Shown here in pieces: positions 18,834-27,557 of a stretch of 64,000 bases of DNA; positions within the stretch are counted from its first letter, which is position 1; each line of letters starts with the position of its first letter. The stretch lies in IMG/VR virus record IMGVR_UViG_2880949579_000002, positions 1,060-65,059 of that record; one strand, written 5' to 3'. The DNA is from a virus. Its lineage: Duplodnaviria > Caudoviricetes. The notes beneath the pieces were generated by a model. That model did not search any database and was not told the DNA's origin. It saw nothing but the letters and a program-made list of their open reading frames with translations. The translations under genes and the position numbers were made by a program.

Positions 18834-20390
18834 TTATGGGGCATGAAGTTTCCTCCGGCTCGTGAGACAACCTCACGGAGGAACAAACAAAGGAGGAAAT
18901 TTCATGCTTAATCAAATTATTAATGAAGTGCAACAAGATCTTGCAACAATTTTGGATGATGCCCAAATGGCTATGTTATCTAAAGTACTAAAAAAACGTC
19001 TAACAGAAGTGGTTGGTGATAAACAATTAGAAAAAGAGGATAAACAGAATAATCTTCTTCCGTTATTTATTTCAGCCAAACGTGTGGAAGGGTGTTCAAG
19101 CAAAACTTTACGTTATTATGAATCAACGATTCGAAATTTACTGGAGGATATTAACAAATCGGAATGTCATATAACAACGGAAGATTTACGGGATTACCTT
19201 GATTCATATCAGCAACGAGGTAATGTTAGTAAAGTTACGTTGGATAATGTAAGGAGAATTTTTTCTACCTTCTTTGCTTGGCTAGAGGATGAGGATTACA
19301 TTGTAAAGAGTCCGGTTAGAAGGATTCGAAAAGTTAAGACTGGTAAAACAGTGAAAGAAACGTATTCGGATGAGTCAATGGAGCTGATGCGTGATCACTG
19401 TGACAATATGCGTGATCTTTCTATGATTGACCTTCTAGCTTCAACAGGCATTCGGGTAGGAGAATTAGTCAAGCTTAATATCAGGGATGTGGACTTTGAA
19501 AATAGAGAGTGTGTTGTGATAGGAAAAGGTAATAGGCAACGAAAAGTATACTTTGATGCTAGAACTAAAATACATCTTCAGAGATATCTATCAGAGCGTG
19601 AAGATAATAATGAAGCACTATTTGTATCATTATTAAAACCTTATGATCGATTGCAGATTAGCGGAGTTGAGATTCGTTTAAGAAAAATAGGACGAGAACT
19701 AAACTTTTCTAAGGTGCACCCACATAAGTTTCGCAGAACGCTGGCAACACTGGCAATAGACAAAGGAATGCCGATTGAGCAGGTTCAACAGCTTCTTGGC
19801 CATCAAAGTATAGATACTACTCTTCAGTATGCAATGGTGAATCAGGAAAATGTTAAAAACTCCTTTAAAAAGTTCATTGGTTAATTTCAAATCTCAATTT
19901 ATCGAGATGTTTGGCAATCCAAATAAGATAACCAACTCATCTCGTTTAGAAGAAGCATTTGAAATTAGAAATGATTTAAGGAAACCTTTGAATGATGCTG
20001 TTCGCTCAAAAATGCATACAGGAGAGTTGTATCCATACTACGGTGCGAATGGCCAGGTGGATAGTATAAATGAGTATCTAATGGACTGCACAGCACTTTG
20101 TTTAGCAGAAGATTGCGGAGCATACGGTGCAGGAGAGTCAACCTCTTATATCATTAAGGGAAAATCTTGGGTAAACAACCATGCACATGTATTAATACCG
20201 CTTGACTGTTGTGATATAGAATTTGCTAATACATATTTCAAAATACTAGATATGACAAAATTTGTGACTGGAACGACACGGCTGAAACTGACTCAAGGTA
20301 AGATGAAGGAAATACCGTTTTTGCTGCCACCATTAAGTGATCAGAAGAAATTTGCAGCCTTTGTCCGACAGAGCGATAAATCAAAATTTG
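18267..20390 (+). repeat. 499-bp direct duplication of TRD2b (18267-18765 = 19892-20390) flanking the recombinase
   Basis: Identical translation and nucleotide match at offset 1625. Confidence 0.9.
18904..19884 (+). CDS. Tyrosine recombinase (XerC/D-like) embedded in the hsdS array
   Basis: TGIR, GKG, HKFRR, LLGH, TTLQY catalytic residues; N-terminal SAM-like domain. Confidence 0.93.
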   Translation: MLNQIINEVQQDLATILDDAQMAMLSKVLKKRLTEVVGDKQLEKEDKQNNLLPLFISAKRVEGCSSKTLRYYESTIRNLLEDINKSECHITTEDLRDYLDSYQQRGNVSKVTLDNVRRIFSTFFAWLEDEDYIVKSPVRRIRKVKTGKTVKETYSDESMELMRDHCDNMRDLSMIDLLASTGIRVGELVKLNIRDVDFENRECVVIGKGNRQRKVYFDARTKIHLQRYLSEREDNNEALFVSLLKPYDRLQISGVEIRLRKIGRELNFSKVHPHKFRRTLATLAIDKGMPIEQVQQLLGHQSIDTTLQYAMVNQENVKNSFKKFIG

Positions 20391-20476
20391 TAAGTGATAC
20401 AGAGGTACGAGATTTTAGACTCTTGAGCAACTTGATTCGCAATTATAACAATATGAATGTCAAAGATGGAAATTAA
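19886..20476 (+). pseudogene. hsdS: Silent hsdS half-gene (TRD2 cassette without TRD1 or credible start)
   Basis: Begins at R1 immediately after the integrase stop; duplicate of TRD2b with a different tail. Confidence 0.8.
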
Positions 20477-20500
20477 ACTTAATGATAGGAGGGAATATTT

Positions 20501-23410
20501 ATGTTTAACGAAGACAATACAATTGAAAAAATGGTGATCTCAACACTAACCAAAAACGGGTGGAATTTTATCTCAGCTGATGATTTACCACGGGACTTTT
20601 CGGATGTGATGGTGGAACCGATGGTTAAAGAAGCGCTAATTCGTTTGAATCCTGAAATAGCGGAAGAACCATCTCGTGCTGATGAAGTCATTTATAAATT
20701 ACGTGCAATTATACTTTCAGTGCAGCATCATAACCTAATAACTCAAAACGAACTTTTTCAAAGAATGATTTTTGAAGAAAATTCATATCCTTTTGGCAAA
20801 AATGGTCGAATGATACCGATCCGTTTTTTTGGCACAATGAAAAAAGAAGATTTAGTGCTTAATGAATATGTCGTTACTAATCAATGGATTTATCCTCAGG
20901 CCGAAGGTGGAAAGAGACTTGATATTGTTTTGCTGGTTAATGGTTTCCCAATTTCAATCGGAGAATTAAAGACCCCGGTGCGCAATGCTATAACCTGGTT
21001 AGACGCTGCGAGTGATATTTCATCGTATGAAAAGAGTATTCCTCAGATGTTTGTAACTAATGTATTTAATTTTGCTACTGAGGGTAGATGCTATCGCTAT
21101 GGTTCGGTTGGCATGCCAGTTAATATGTGGGGCCCATGGCATACTCCTGACCATAAGTCAGAGGGTAGCCTCGCTGATGTTAAAGTTAGCATAGCTGATA
21201 TGATTACTCCTGAGAAGGTTATGGATATTTTTCAGTTTTTCACTCTCTTTGCTACAGATAAGAAACATGTTAAATACAAAATAATTTGCCGTTACCAGCA
21301 GTATGAAGGTGCTAACCTTATTGTACAACGTGTTATTGCGGGCTATCCAAAGCAAGGTCTTATCTGGCACTTTCAGGGTTCTGGTAAATCGTTGCTAATG
21401 GTATTTGCAGCACAAAAAATTCGCATGATCCCCGAACTTAAGAATCCTACTGTAGTAATAGTTGATGATCGACTTGATCTTGAAACTCAGATAACTGCAA
21501 CATTTAATGCTTCGGATATTCCAAATCTAGTATCACTTGCAACTAAGGAAGAGGTTGAAAACTTTTTTAAGCAAGATATTCGTAAAATTGCAATAACGAC
21601 CATTTTCCGATTTGGTGATGTCGAAGATGTTCTTAATCATAGAGATAACGTAATCATCATGGTTGATGAAGCACATAGAACTCAAGAAGGTGACCTCGGT
21701 GAAAGGATGCGTGCAGCACTTCCAAATGCTTTCTTCTTTGGACTTACCGGCACTCCAATTAATCGTATTGATAAGAATACTTTCCGTACATTTGGTGCAA
21801 CGGAAGATAAGAGTGGATATTTGAGTCGATATACTTTCTCGGATTCCATCAGAGACAATGCAACTCTACCCTTGAACTTTGAGCCAGTTCCAGTTGAGCT
21901 TCATGTTGATAAGGATAAAATAGATACAGAATTTGATGCTTTAACTGAGACGCTCTCAGATGCAGATCGAGCTGAGCTTTCAAAACGTGTAAACATGAAA
22001 GCCATCATGTATGATCCAAAACGTATACGAAAGGTTTGCGAACACATTGTAAAACATTATAAAGAAAAAATAGAGCCTAACGGGTATAAAGGACAGATTG
22101 TTGTATACGACCGTGAATGCTGTCTTAAGTACAAGGAAGAGCTAGATAAGCTACTCCCTCCTGAAGCAACAACGATCGTAATGGATACCAATAACGATAA
22201 GGAAGATCGATATAGAAAATTTCGTCGCAGTCGTGATGAAGAAGCAAGAGTTCTTGATCAGTTCCGTGATAAGAGTAACCCTCTTAAGTTAGTTATTGTT
22301 ACATCAAAGCTATTAACGGGTTTTGACGCTCCAATTCTTCAAGCAATGTATTTAGATAAGCCAATGAAGGACCATAACCTTCTGCAAGCCATCTGCCGTA
22401 CCAACCGTACTTTTGATGAAGGTAAAACCCATGGATTAATTGTAGACTACATTGGTATTTTTGATAATGTAGCTAAGGCGTTGGACTTTGATGAAGCTAG
22501 CATGAAAAAAGTTATCACAAATATTGAAGAAGTCAAGAAGCAGGTTCCTGCACTTCTCAGAAAATGCCTAAGTTACTTTATGGGCGTTGACCGTACCGTA
22601 GTAGGTTGGGAAGGTTTACTTGCAGCTCAGGAGTGTATTCCAACAAATAAAGATAAAGATGCATTTGCTGCAGATTATCATGTTCTAAATAGAGCATGGG
22701 ATGCTCTGTCCCCTGATCCATTTCTTGATAAGTACAAGTTTGACTATGTATGGCTAACAAAAGTCTACGAGTCAGTGAAACCCACGGATAATCGCGGTGC
22801 TCTCGTTTGGGCTGCTCTTGGCGCCAAAACAATGGAATTAGTTCACTCTAATATCGAAGTTGGCAGGGTTCATGATGATATGGATATTTTAACGCTTGAT
22901 GCGGATCTAATTGACGAATTTATTCGTAAGCAGAAAGATGTTAAAAAGACAACTATGAAGGTAGAAATAGACTTAGTTGCCAAAATTCGCGAACATTCTA
23001 ACGATCCAAAGTTTATTAAGCTGGGAGAGAAGCTCGAAGAGCTTCGTGAACGTCACGAACAAGGGTTAATTAATAGTATTGAGTTCTTGAAGCTCCTACT
23101 TGAACTTGCAAAAGAAGCTGCTCAAGCAGAAAAGGAAGTTGTCCCGGAAGAAGAAATTGATCGTGGGAAAGCAGCACTCACAGAACTCTTTAAAGGTGCT
23201 AAGAACGACAAAACACCCATCATTGTTGAACGCATTGTTGCTGATATTGATGACATTGTAAAGATTGTACGATTCGATGGATGGCAAAGAACAACTACTG
23301 GAAAAAATGAAGTGAAAAAGGCACTTCGTAGTGTTATCTGGATTAAATACAAGATTAAAGACAAAGAAGTTTTCGATAAAGCTTATAGCTACATCGAGCA
23401 ATATTATTAG
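20501..23410 (+). CDS. hsdR: Type I restriction subunit R
   Basis: RLDIVLLVNG..ELK nuclease motif, WHFQGSGKS, DEAHR, LTGTP, TGFDAP, QAICRTNR. Confidence 0.95.
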   Translation: MFNEDNTIEKMVISTLTKNGWNFISADDLPRDFSDVMVEPMVKEALIRLNPEIAEEPSRADEVIYKLRAIILSVQHHNLITQNELFQRMIFEENSYPFGKNGRMIPIRFFGTMKKEDLVLNEYVVTNQWIYPQAEGGKRLDIVLLVNGFPISIGELKTPVRNAITWLDAASDISSYEKSIPQMFVTNVFNFATEGRCYRYGSVGMPVNMWGPWHTPDHKSEGSLADVKVSIADMITPEKVMDIFQFFTLFATDKKHVKYKIICRYQQYEGANLIVQRVIAGYPKQGLIWHFQGSGKSLLMVFAAQKIRMIPELKNPTVVIVDDRLDLETQITATFNASDIPNLVSLATKEEVENFFKQDIRKIAITTIFRFGDVEDVLNHRDNVIIMVDEAHRTQEGDLGERMRAALPNAFFFGLTGTPINRIDKNTFRTFGATEDKSGYLSRYTFSDSIRDNATLPLNFEPVPVELHVDKDKIDTEFDALTETLSDADRAELSKRVNMKAIMYDPKRIRKVCEHIVKHYKEKIEPNGYKGQIVVYDRECCLKYKEELDKLLPPEATTIVMDTNNDKEDRYRKFRRSRDEEARVLDQFRDKSNPLKLVIVTSKLLTGFDAPILQAMYLDKPMKDHNLLQAICRTNRTFDEGKTHGLIVDYIGIFDNVAKALDFDEASMKKVITNIEEVKKQVPALLRKCLSYFMGVDRTVVGWEGLLAAQECIPTNKDKDAFAADYHVLNRAWDALSPDPFLDKYKFDYVWLTKVYESVKPTDNRGALVWAALGAKTMELVHSNIEVGRVHDDMDILTLDADLIDEFIRKQKDVKKTTMKVEIDLVAKIREHSNDPKFIKLGEKLEELRERHEQGLINSIEFLKLLLELAKEAAQAEKEVVPEEEIDRGKAALTELFKGAKNDKTPIIVERIVADIDDIVKIVRFDGWQRTTTGKNEVKKALRSVIWIKYKIKDKEVFDKAYSYIEQYY

Positions 23411-23424
23411 TAGGAGGTCTGCCT

Positions 23425-25338
23425 ATGAAACAATATGCATCGTTTGAAAAGTATCTTGAAGACAAATATTATAATGATATTCACCGCGCTATCACCGGCC
23501 TCATATTTAAAAGAGGCCGGAATAACGGGTTTTATTCTTATACAGTTTTAGATCCTTCTTACTTTCAGGTAGAGGATATACATATAAAAACTGTCTCTTT
23601 CCACTCTACAGATGGAAGCAGGATTATTTTCAATGCAGCAGTTGAGGCAGATGTTATCCTAAAAGGAATGGGAAAGAGAGATTATGATGCTGATATAAAA
23701 AACCCTTGGTACACGGTCTCTTTTACTGGTTATTTAAGTGATGGTCTTAATATGGTTACCATTACGGATGTTGATGACTATTTCGCCGATAAGTTTGATA
23801 AGAATACAACATTATCAAAATATTTGATTCCTTACCTTTATTCAGAGGACTTAGAACAGGAAGCGGAAAAATTCCTTTACAAATACTGTAGACAAGCGCT
23901 AAATGAACCTATGCCTATTCCCCTCGATGAACTCATGTTTAATATGGGACTAGTGCTTTATGAGGCCCCGCTCCCAGATAATATATTTGGCAAAACTTAT
24001 TTTGCAGAATCAACAGTTGATATATTCAACGAGGAATATGAAGTAGTAAAACAGACCGTTGAGCCAGGAACAATCCTTTTAAATCCGAACATTTTCTTCA
24101 TGCGGAATATAGGATCTCGTAATAATACAGTTGTACATGAATGTGTGCATTGGGACCGTCATGATAAGTTTTTTGAAATGCAGAAGTTGTTAAATAGTGA
24201 TCTGACTTCTTTAACATGTGAGATTACTGAGCAAAGAGGGCTTAAGAATAATGGGATTGAAGGTGCGCTTCAGTGGATGGAATGGCAAGCTAATGCTTTG
24301 ACTCCTCGCATTCTACTACCTGCAAACACGACAAGACAAAAACTAAAAGAAATATTGCTACGTCTACATATTGAAAATTCAGAGAGATCTGATTCAGATA
24401 TTATGGAAGAGGCAATCGAAGAGTTGGCAGATTTTTTTGCAGTTTCAAAGTTTGCAGCAAAACTCCGCGCCATCGAACTTGGCTTTTCGCAGGCACAAGG
24501 GGTTTGGAATTATCTAAACGGCACCTATTTACCTAGTTTTTCATTTAAGGCAACTGCTCTCAATAAGGATGAAAGTTATATCATCGATATAAGAAATGCC
24601 TGTTATGAGGCAAGTTTTGATGTCAGCTTTAAAGCTAACCTTGAGAAAGGCGACTTTATTTATGTTGACTATATGTACTGTATCAATGATGAAAAATACG
24701 TAGAAAAATCTGCAGATGGGAAATGCACCCTAACATCTTATGCTAGACAGCATGTCGATGAATGTTGTATTAAATTTAAGCAAAAATTTAAAATAACAAA
24801 AACACAAGGCGATGCCTATTATACCCAATGTTCCCTTTGCAGAGATATAGATGCATCTTCTTATTGTGAATGTACTTACATTGAAGATGAAGATAATCAA
24901 GACGTAGTACAGCGTGCAATAGAATTGAAAAAACTAAAAGAAGAAGGAGAACGCATTACAGGAATATTACGATCACTACCGATGTCTTTTTCAGGGACTC
25001 TGGATGCCCATATGAAGCGTCTTAAAAAAGAAGATGGTACAAAGATGACTAATCTTGAGTTAGCGCTTAGAACAGGATTAAGTGATCGATATATTCAAGA
25101 CCTTCGCAAAGAAGAAAAAAATGTAAGTTATGAAACTGTCTGTGCCATTTGTATTGGGCTTCACCTACATCCCAAATTCAGTAACGATCTCATTAAGAAA
25201 TCACGCAATGATTATCCATTAACAGAAGAAGGTTACTTTGGTCAATTTCTCATCGAACATCACTATATGGAAACACTAGATTTATGTAATGAAAAGTTAA
25301 GAGAAATGGGCTATAAAACGTGGGGCAAGGATTTATAA
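23425..25338 (+). CDS. ImmA/IrrE-family metallopeptidase fused to a C-terminal XRE-like HTH (candidate prophage master regulator)
   Basis: RNNTVVHECVHW (HExxH), MEWQAN; TNLELALRTGLSDRYIQDL HTH. Confidence 0.75.
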   Translation: MKQYASFEKYLEDKYYNDIHRAITGLIFKRGRNNGFYSYTVLDPSYFQVEDIHIKTVSFHSTDGSRIIFNAAVEADVILKGMGKRDYDADIKNPWYTVSFTGYLSDGLNMVTITDVDDYFADKFDKNTTLSKYLIPYLYSEDLEQEAEKFLYKYCRQALNEPMPIPLDELMFNMGLVLYEAPLPDNIFGKTYFAESTVDIFNEEYEVVKQTVEPGTILLNPNIFFMRNIGSRNNTVVHECVHWDRHDKFFEMQKLLNSDLTSLTCEITEQRGLKNNGIEGALQWMEWQANALTPRILLPANTTRQKLKEILLRLHIENSERSDSDIMEEAIEELADFFAVSKFAAKLRAIELGFSQAQGVWNYLNGTYLPSFSFKATALNKDESYIIDIRNACYEASFDVSFKANLEKGDFIYVDYMYCINDEKYVEKSADGKCTLTSYARQHVDECCIKFKQKFKITKTQGDAYYTQCSLCRDIDASSYCECTYIEDEDNQDVVQRAIELKKLKEEGERITGILRSLPMSFSGTLDAHMKRLKKEDGTKMTNLELALRTGLSDRYIQDLRKEEKNVSYETVCAICIGLHLHPKFSNDLIKKSRNDYPLTEEGYFGQFLIEHHYMETLDLCNEKLREMGYKTWGKDL

Positions 25339-25359
25339 AATAGTAAAAAATAATTAGAC

Positions 25360-25470
25360 CAAAACCGGAACTCTTACTTCTGGTTTTGATTACGTAATTG
25401 CAAGGCTTTATGACCAGTAATGGTTGTAAAGCCTTTTTTTTACGCTCAAAAACCGGAACTCGCAGTTCTG
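25360..25470. promoter_or_regulatory. Two operator-like sites AAAACCGGAACTC-NN-A-N-TTCTG (25361, 25449)
   Basis: The first is a near-perfect palindrome CAAAACCGGAA-N7-TTCTGGTTTTG; the second lies just upstream of a TATGAT -10 at 25493. Confidence 0.65.
25402..25441 (+). terminator. Intrinsic terminator ending the R-M/regulator operon
   Basis: AAGGCTTTATGACCA-GTAA-TGGTTGTAAAGCCTT-TTTTT. Confidence 0.85.
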
Positions 25471-25547
25471 CGAAGGAAATCTTGTTTCAAATTATGATGT
25501 TAATAGAAGCTGAAAACTTCTAATAAACCAGTCTCAAAGTCCGAGAT

Positions 25548-25734
25548 GCGCATTAGGACGGCGGGATGCATAGAGAGTTCAGAACACAGTGATAGAGACT
25601 GTGTTTGGAATGAAGATGCACCCACCGTAATTTCGTGCGCTCTTTTTTAGGACAAACGAGGTTTGTGGTCATCTTACCCGCAGGCTCTTTTGCATTCCGC
25701 CACCCATTACTGGGACGGAAAGGAATGCAAAATG
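25548..25734 (+). promoter_or_regulatory. Structured 5' leader with alternative pairings upstream of the phage sigma-like gene
   Basis: Long hairpin 25548-25640 with U tract; RBS-occluding stem 25688-25698/25722-25732; competing helix 25560-25570/25691-25701. Confidence 0.65.
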
Positions 25735-26274
25735 AAAATACGAGTTTTATATGAAGACAACATCAAAAATGGTCACAAGAACTACACCACGATTGAAATT
25801 CCAGATGGAGATTACAGCGTCATGCTGGATATCGACTATGAGCAACGTCTTGCAGAAGCAAAACCTGAAAAGAAGGAAGAAGTGAAACGCTGTGAGACTG
25901 TCCAGGAAATGTTCGACCTCATGAACAACAAGGAATACAACCATTGGCGTCGCTACCATAGGCATCTTGGTAATCCTAAGACACCTTATCGAAAAGATGA
26001 TGAAGTTGAAATAGATGTCATGGATACTTTCGCTGATAACTCTCAGGAGATTGAACGCAATCACCAAGATGAGTATGAGTCTGTCTGCTCATGGATACGC
26101 ACTGCTCTTGGTAAAAAGAAGGATTGGGCAGATATGTTCATTGCAGTACGCATTGACGGTATGTCGATTCGAGAATATGCCAGCTCCATCGGAGTTAATG
26201 AAAACAACATTACTCAGAAATTAAAGCGGGCCACAAAGAAATTAGAACAAGAATATAAAAACCGTCAGATTTGA
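25732..26274 (+). CDS. Phage sigma-70 region 4-like transcription factor
   Basis: C-terminal DGMSIREYASSIGVNENNITQKLKRA HTH; AAGGA RBS before ATG 25732. Confidence 0.75.
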   Translation: MKIRVLYEDNIKNGHKNYTTIEIPDGDYSVMLDIDYEQRLAEAKPEKKEEVKRCETVQEMFDLMNNKEYNHWRRYHRHLGNPKTPYRKDDEVEIDVMDTFADNSQEIERNHQDEYESVCSWIRTALGKKKDWADMFIAVRIDGMSIREYASSIGVNENNITQKLKRATKKLEQEYKNRQI

Positions 26275-26298
26275 CCTTCTCCCAAGGCTACTAGGTAG
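26265..26298 (+). promoter_or_regulatory. Bipartite motif copy 1 TCAGATT-N14-GGCTACTAGGTAG
   Basis: Repeated with identical spacing at 55840 and 60133. Confidence 0.75.
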
Positions 26299-26338
26299 GA
26301 GGTCAAGACCTCCAAAAAAACACAAGGAGGTAATTCGA

Positions 26339-27121
26339 ATGGAATTACAAGTTTACAAAAATGCAGAGTTTGGCTCTGTACGTACTACAACGATTGGCGG
26401 GCAACCATATTTTGTTGGCAAGGATGTAGCAAGCATTCTTGGTTATGCAAATACTCGCAAAGCTTTAATTGACCACATTGATGAAGAGGACAAGGATGAC
26501 GTAACGATTCGTGACGCCATCGGAAGAAATCAAACGATGACTGCTATCAACGAGTCTGGTCTGTACAGTCTCATCCTCTCAAGCAAGATGCCAAATGCTA
26601 AAAAGTTCAAACGCTGGGTCACCAATGAAGTCCTTCCTGCTATTCGCAAACACGGACTTTATGCAACAGATGATTTAATCGCAAATCCAGACCTTGCCAT
26701 TGCAGCTTTTACTGCACTGAAAGAGGAACGAGAAAAGAATAAGGAGCTGATGGCGGCCGTTGCGATTGGTCAGCAGCAGATTGCTGAGATGAAACCCAAG
26801 GCTACTTATTATGATGTGGTTCTTAAATGCAGGGATGCAGTAAACATTTCTGTGATTGCCAAAGATTACGGCTGGAGTGCCATGCGCATGAACGACTACC
26901 TTCATGAAAAAGGCATTCAGTTTAAGCAAGGTGATATTTGGCTTCTCTATCAAAAGTATGCTCCCAATGGATATACAAAAACCAACACTCACATTTATGA
27001 AGATAGCAAAGGTATAAAGCATACGAAAGTGCATACCAAGTGGACACAAAAAGGCAGACTCTTTATCTATGAACAGCTAAAGGCGGATGGTATTTATCCG
27101 CAGATTGAGATGGAGGTGTGA
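26339..27121 (+). CDS. BRO-N/KilAC (ANT) phage antirepressor
   Basis: FGSVR..PYFVGKDVA..INESGLYSLI..AKKFKRWVTNEVLP; KPKATYYD..WTQKGRLF. Confidence 0.9.
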   Translation: MELQVYKNAEFGSVRTTTIGGQPYFVGKDVASILGYANTRKALIDHIDEEDKDDVTIRDAIGRNQTMTAINESGLYSLILSSKMPNAKKFKRWVTNEVLPAIRKHGLYATDDLIANPDLAIAAFTALKEEREKNKELMAAVAIGQQQIAEMKPKATYYDVVLKCRDAVNISVIAKDYGWSAMRMNDYLHEKGIQFKQGDIWLLYQKYAPNGYTKTNTHIYEDSKGIKHTKVHTKWTQKGRLFIYEQLKADGIYPQIEMEV

Positions 27122-27122
27122 T

Positions 27123-27557
27123 ATGGGAATCAATAAATTCAATGCAGAGGGGTATCATGACCCAACTCCCCATAAAGCACTTAGCAATATCACTCGTGAG
27201 GAAAAGGCAGCAGCAAAAGCTGCCTTTAAGCCCCTTGTCTATATTTGCTCTCCATTTAGTGGCGATATTGAAAACAACAATAAGCGCACACGAGCATTTT
27301 GCCGTTTTGCTTTAGATAAGGGCAATATCCCGCTTGCTCCTCACCTTCTATTTCCACAGTTCATGGATGATAACAATGAACAGGAACGTGATCTCGCTAT
27401 TTTCATGGATATTATCCTGATGGGCAAATGTCAAGAGGTCTGGGTTCTAGGTGATGTGATTTCAAGAGGTATGAGTATTGAAATTGAAAAAGCAAAGAAG
27501 CGCAGACAGCCGGTTAGATACTTTAATAAAGATTTTGAGGAGGTAGAGTCTCTATGA
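27123..27557 (+). CDS. DUF4406/nucleoside deoxyribosyltransferase-like phage protein
   Basis: VYICSPFSG..PLAPHL..CQEVWV..SRGM..EIE. Confidence 0.7.
   Translation: MGINKFNAEGYHDPTPHKALSNITREEKAAAKAAFKPLVYICSPFSGDIENNNKRTRAFCRFALDKGNIPLAPHLLFPQFMDDNNEQERDLAIFMDIILMGKCQEVWVLGDVISRGMSIEIEKAKKRRQPVRYFNKDFEEVESL

Larger units (their letters stand above)
17214..19912 (+). repeat. Repeat R1 TCTCAATTTATCGAGATGTTT, three direct copies (17214, 18267, 19892) at the 5' edge of each TRD2
   Basis: Read directly; 21-bp identity. Confidence 0.9.
17691..20387 (+). repeat. Repeat R2 CAGAGCGATAAATCAAAAT, three direct copies (17691, 18744, 20369) at the 3' edge of each TRD2
   Basis: Read directly; 19-bp identity. 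Confidence 0.9.

Noticed and set aside
17214-20390. R1/R2 repeats as a CRISPR array or integron attC sites
   Set aside because: Spacers are ~480-bp coding TRDs; no cas genes; repeats lie inside hsdS reading frames
18267-20390. Duplicated TRD as a diversity-generating retroelement TR/VR pair
   Set aside because: No reverse transcriptase and no adenine-specific mismatches seen between the copies
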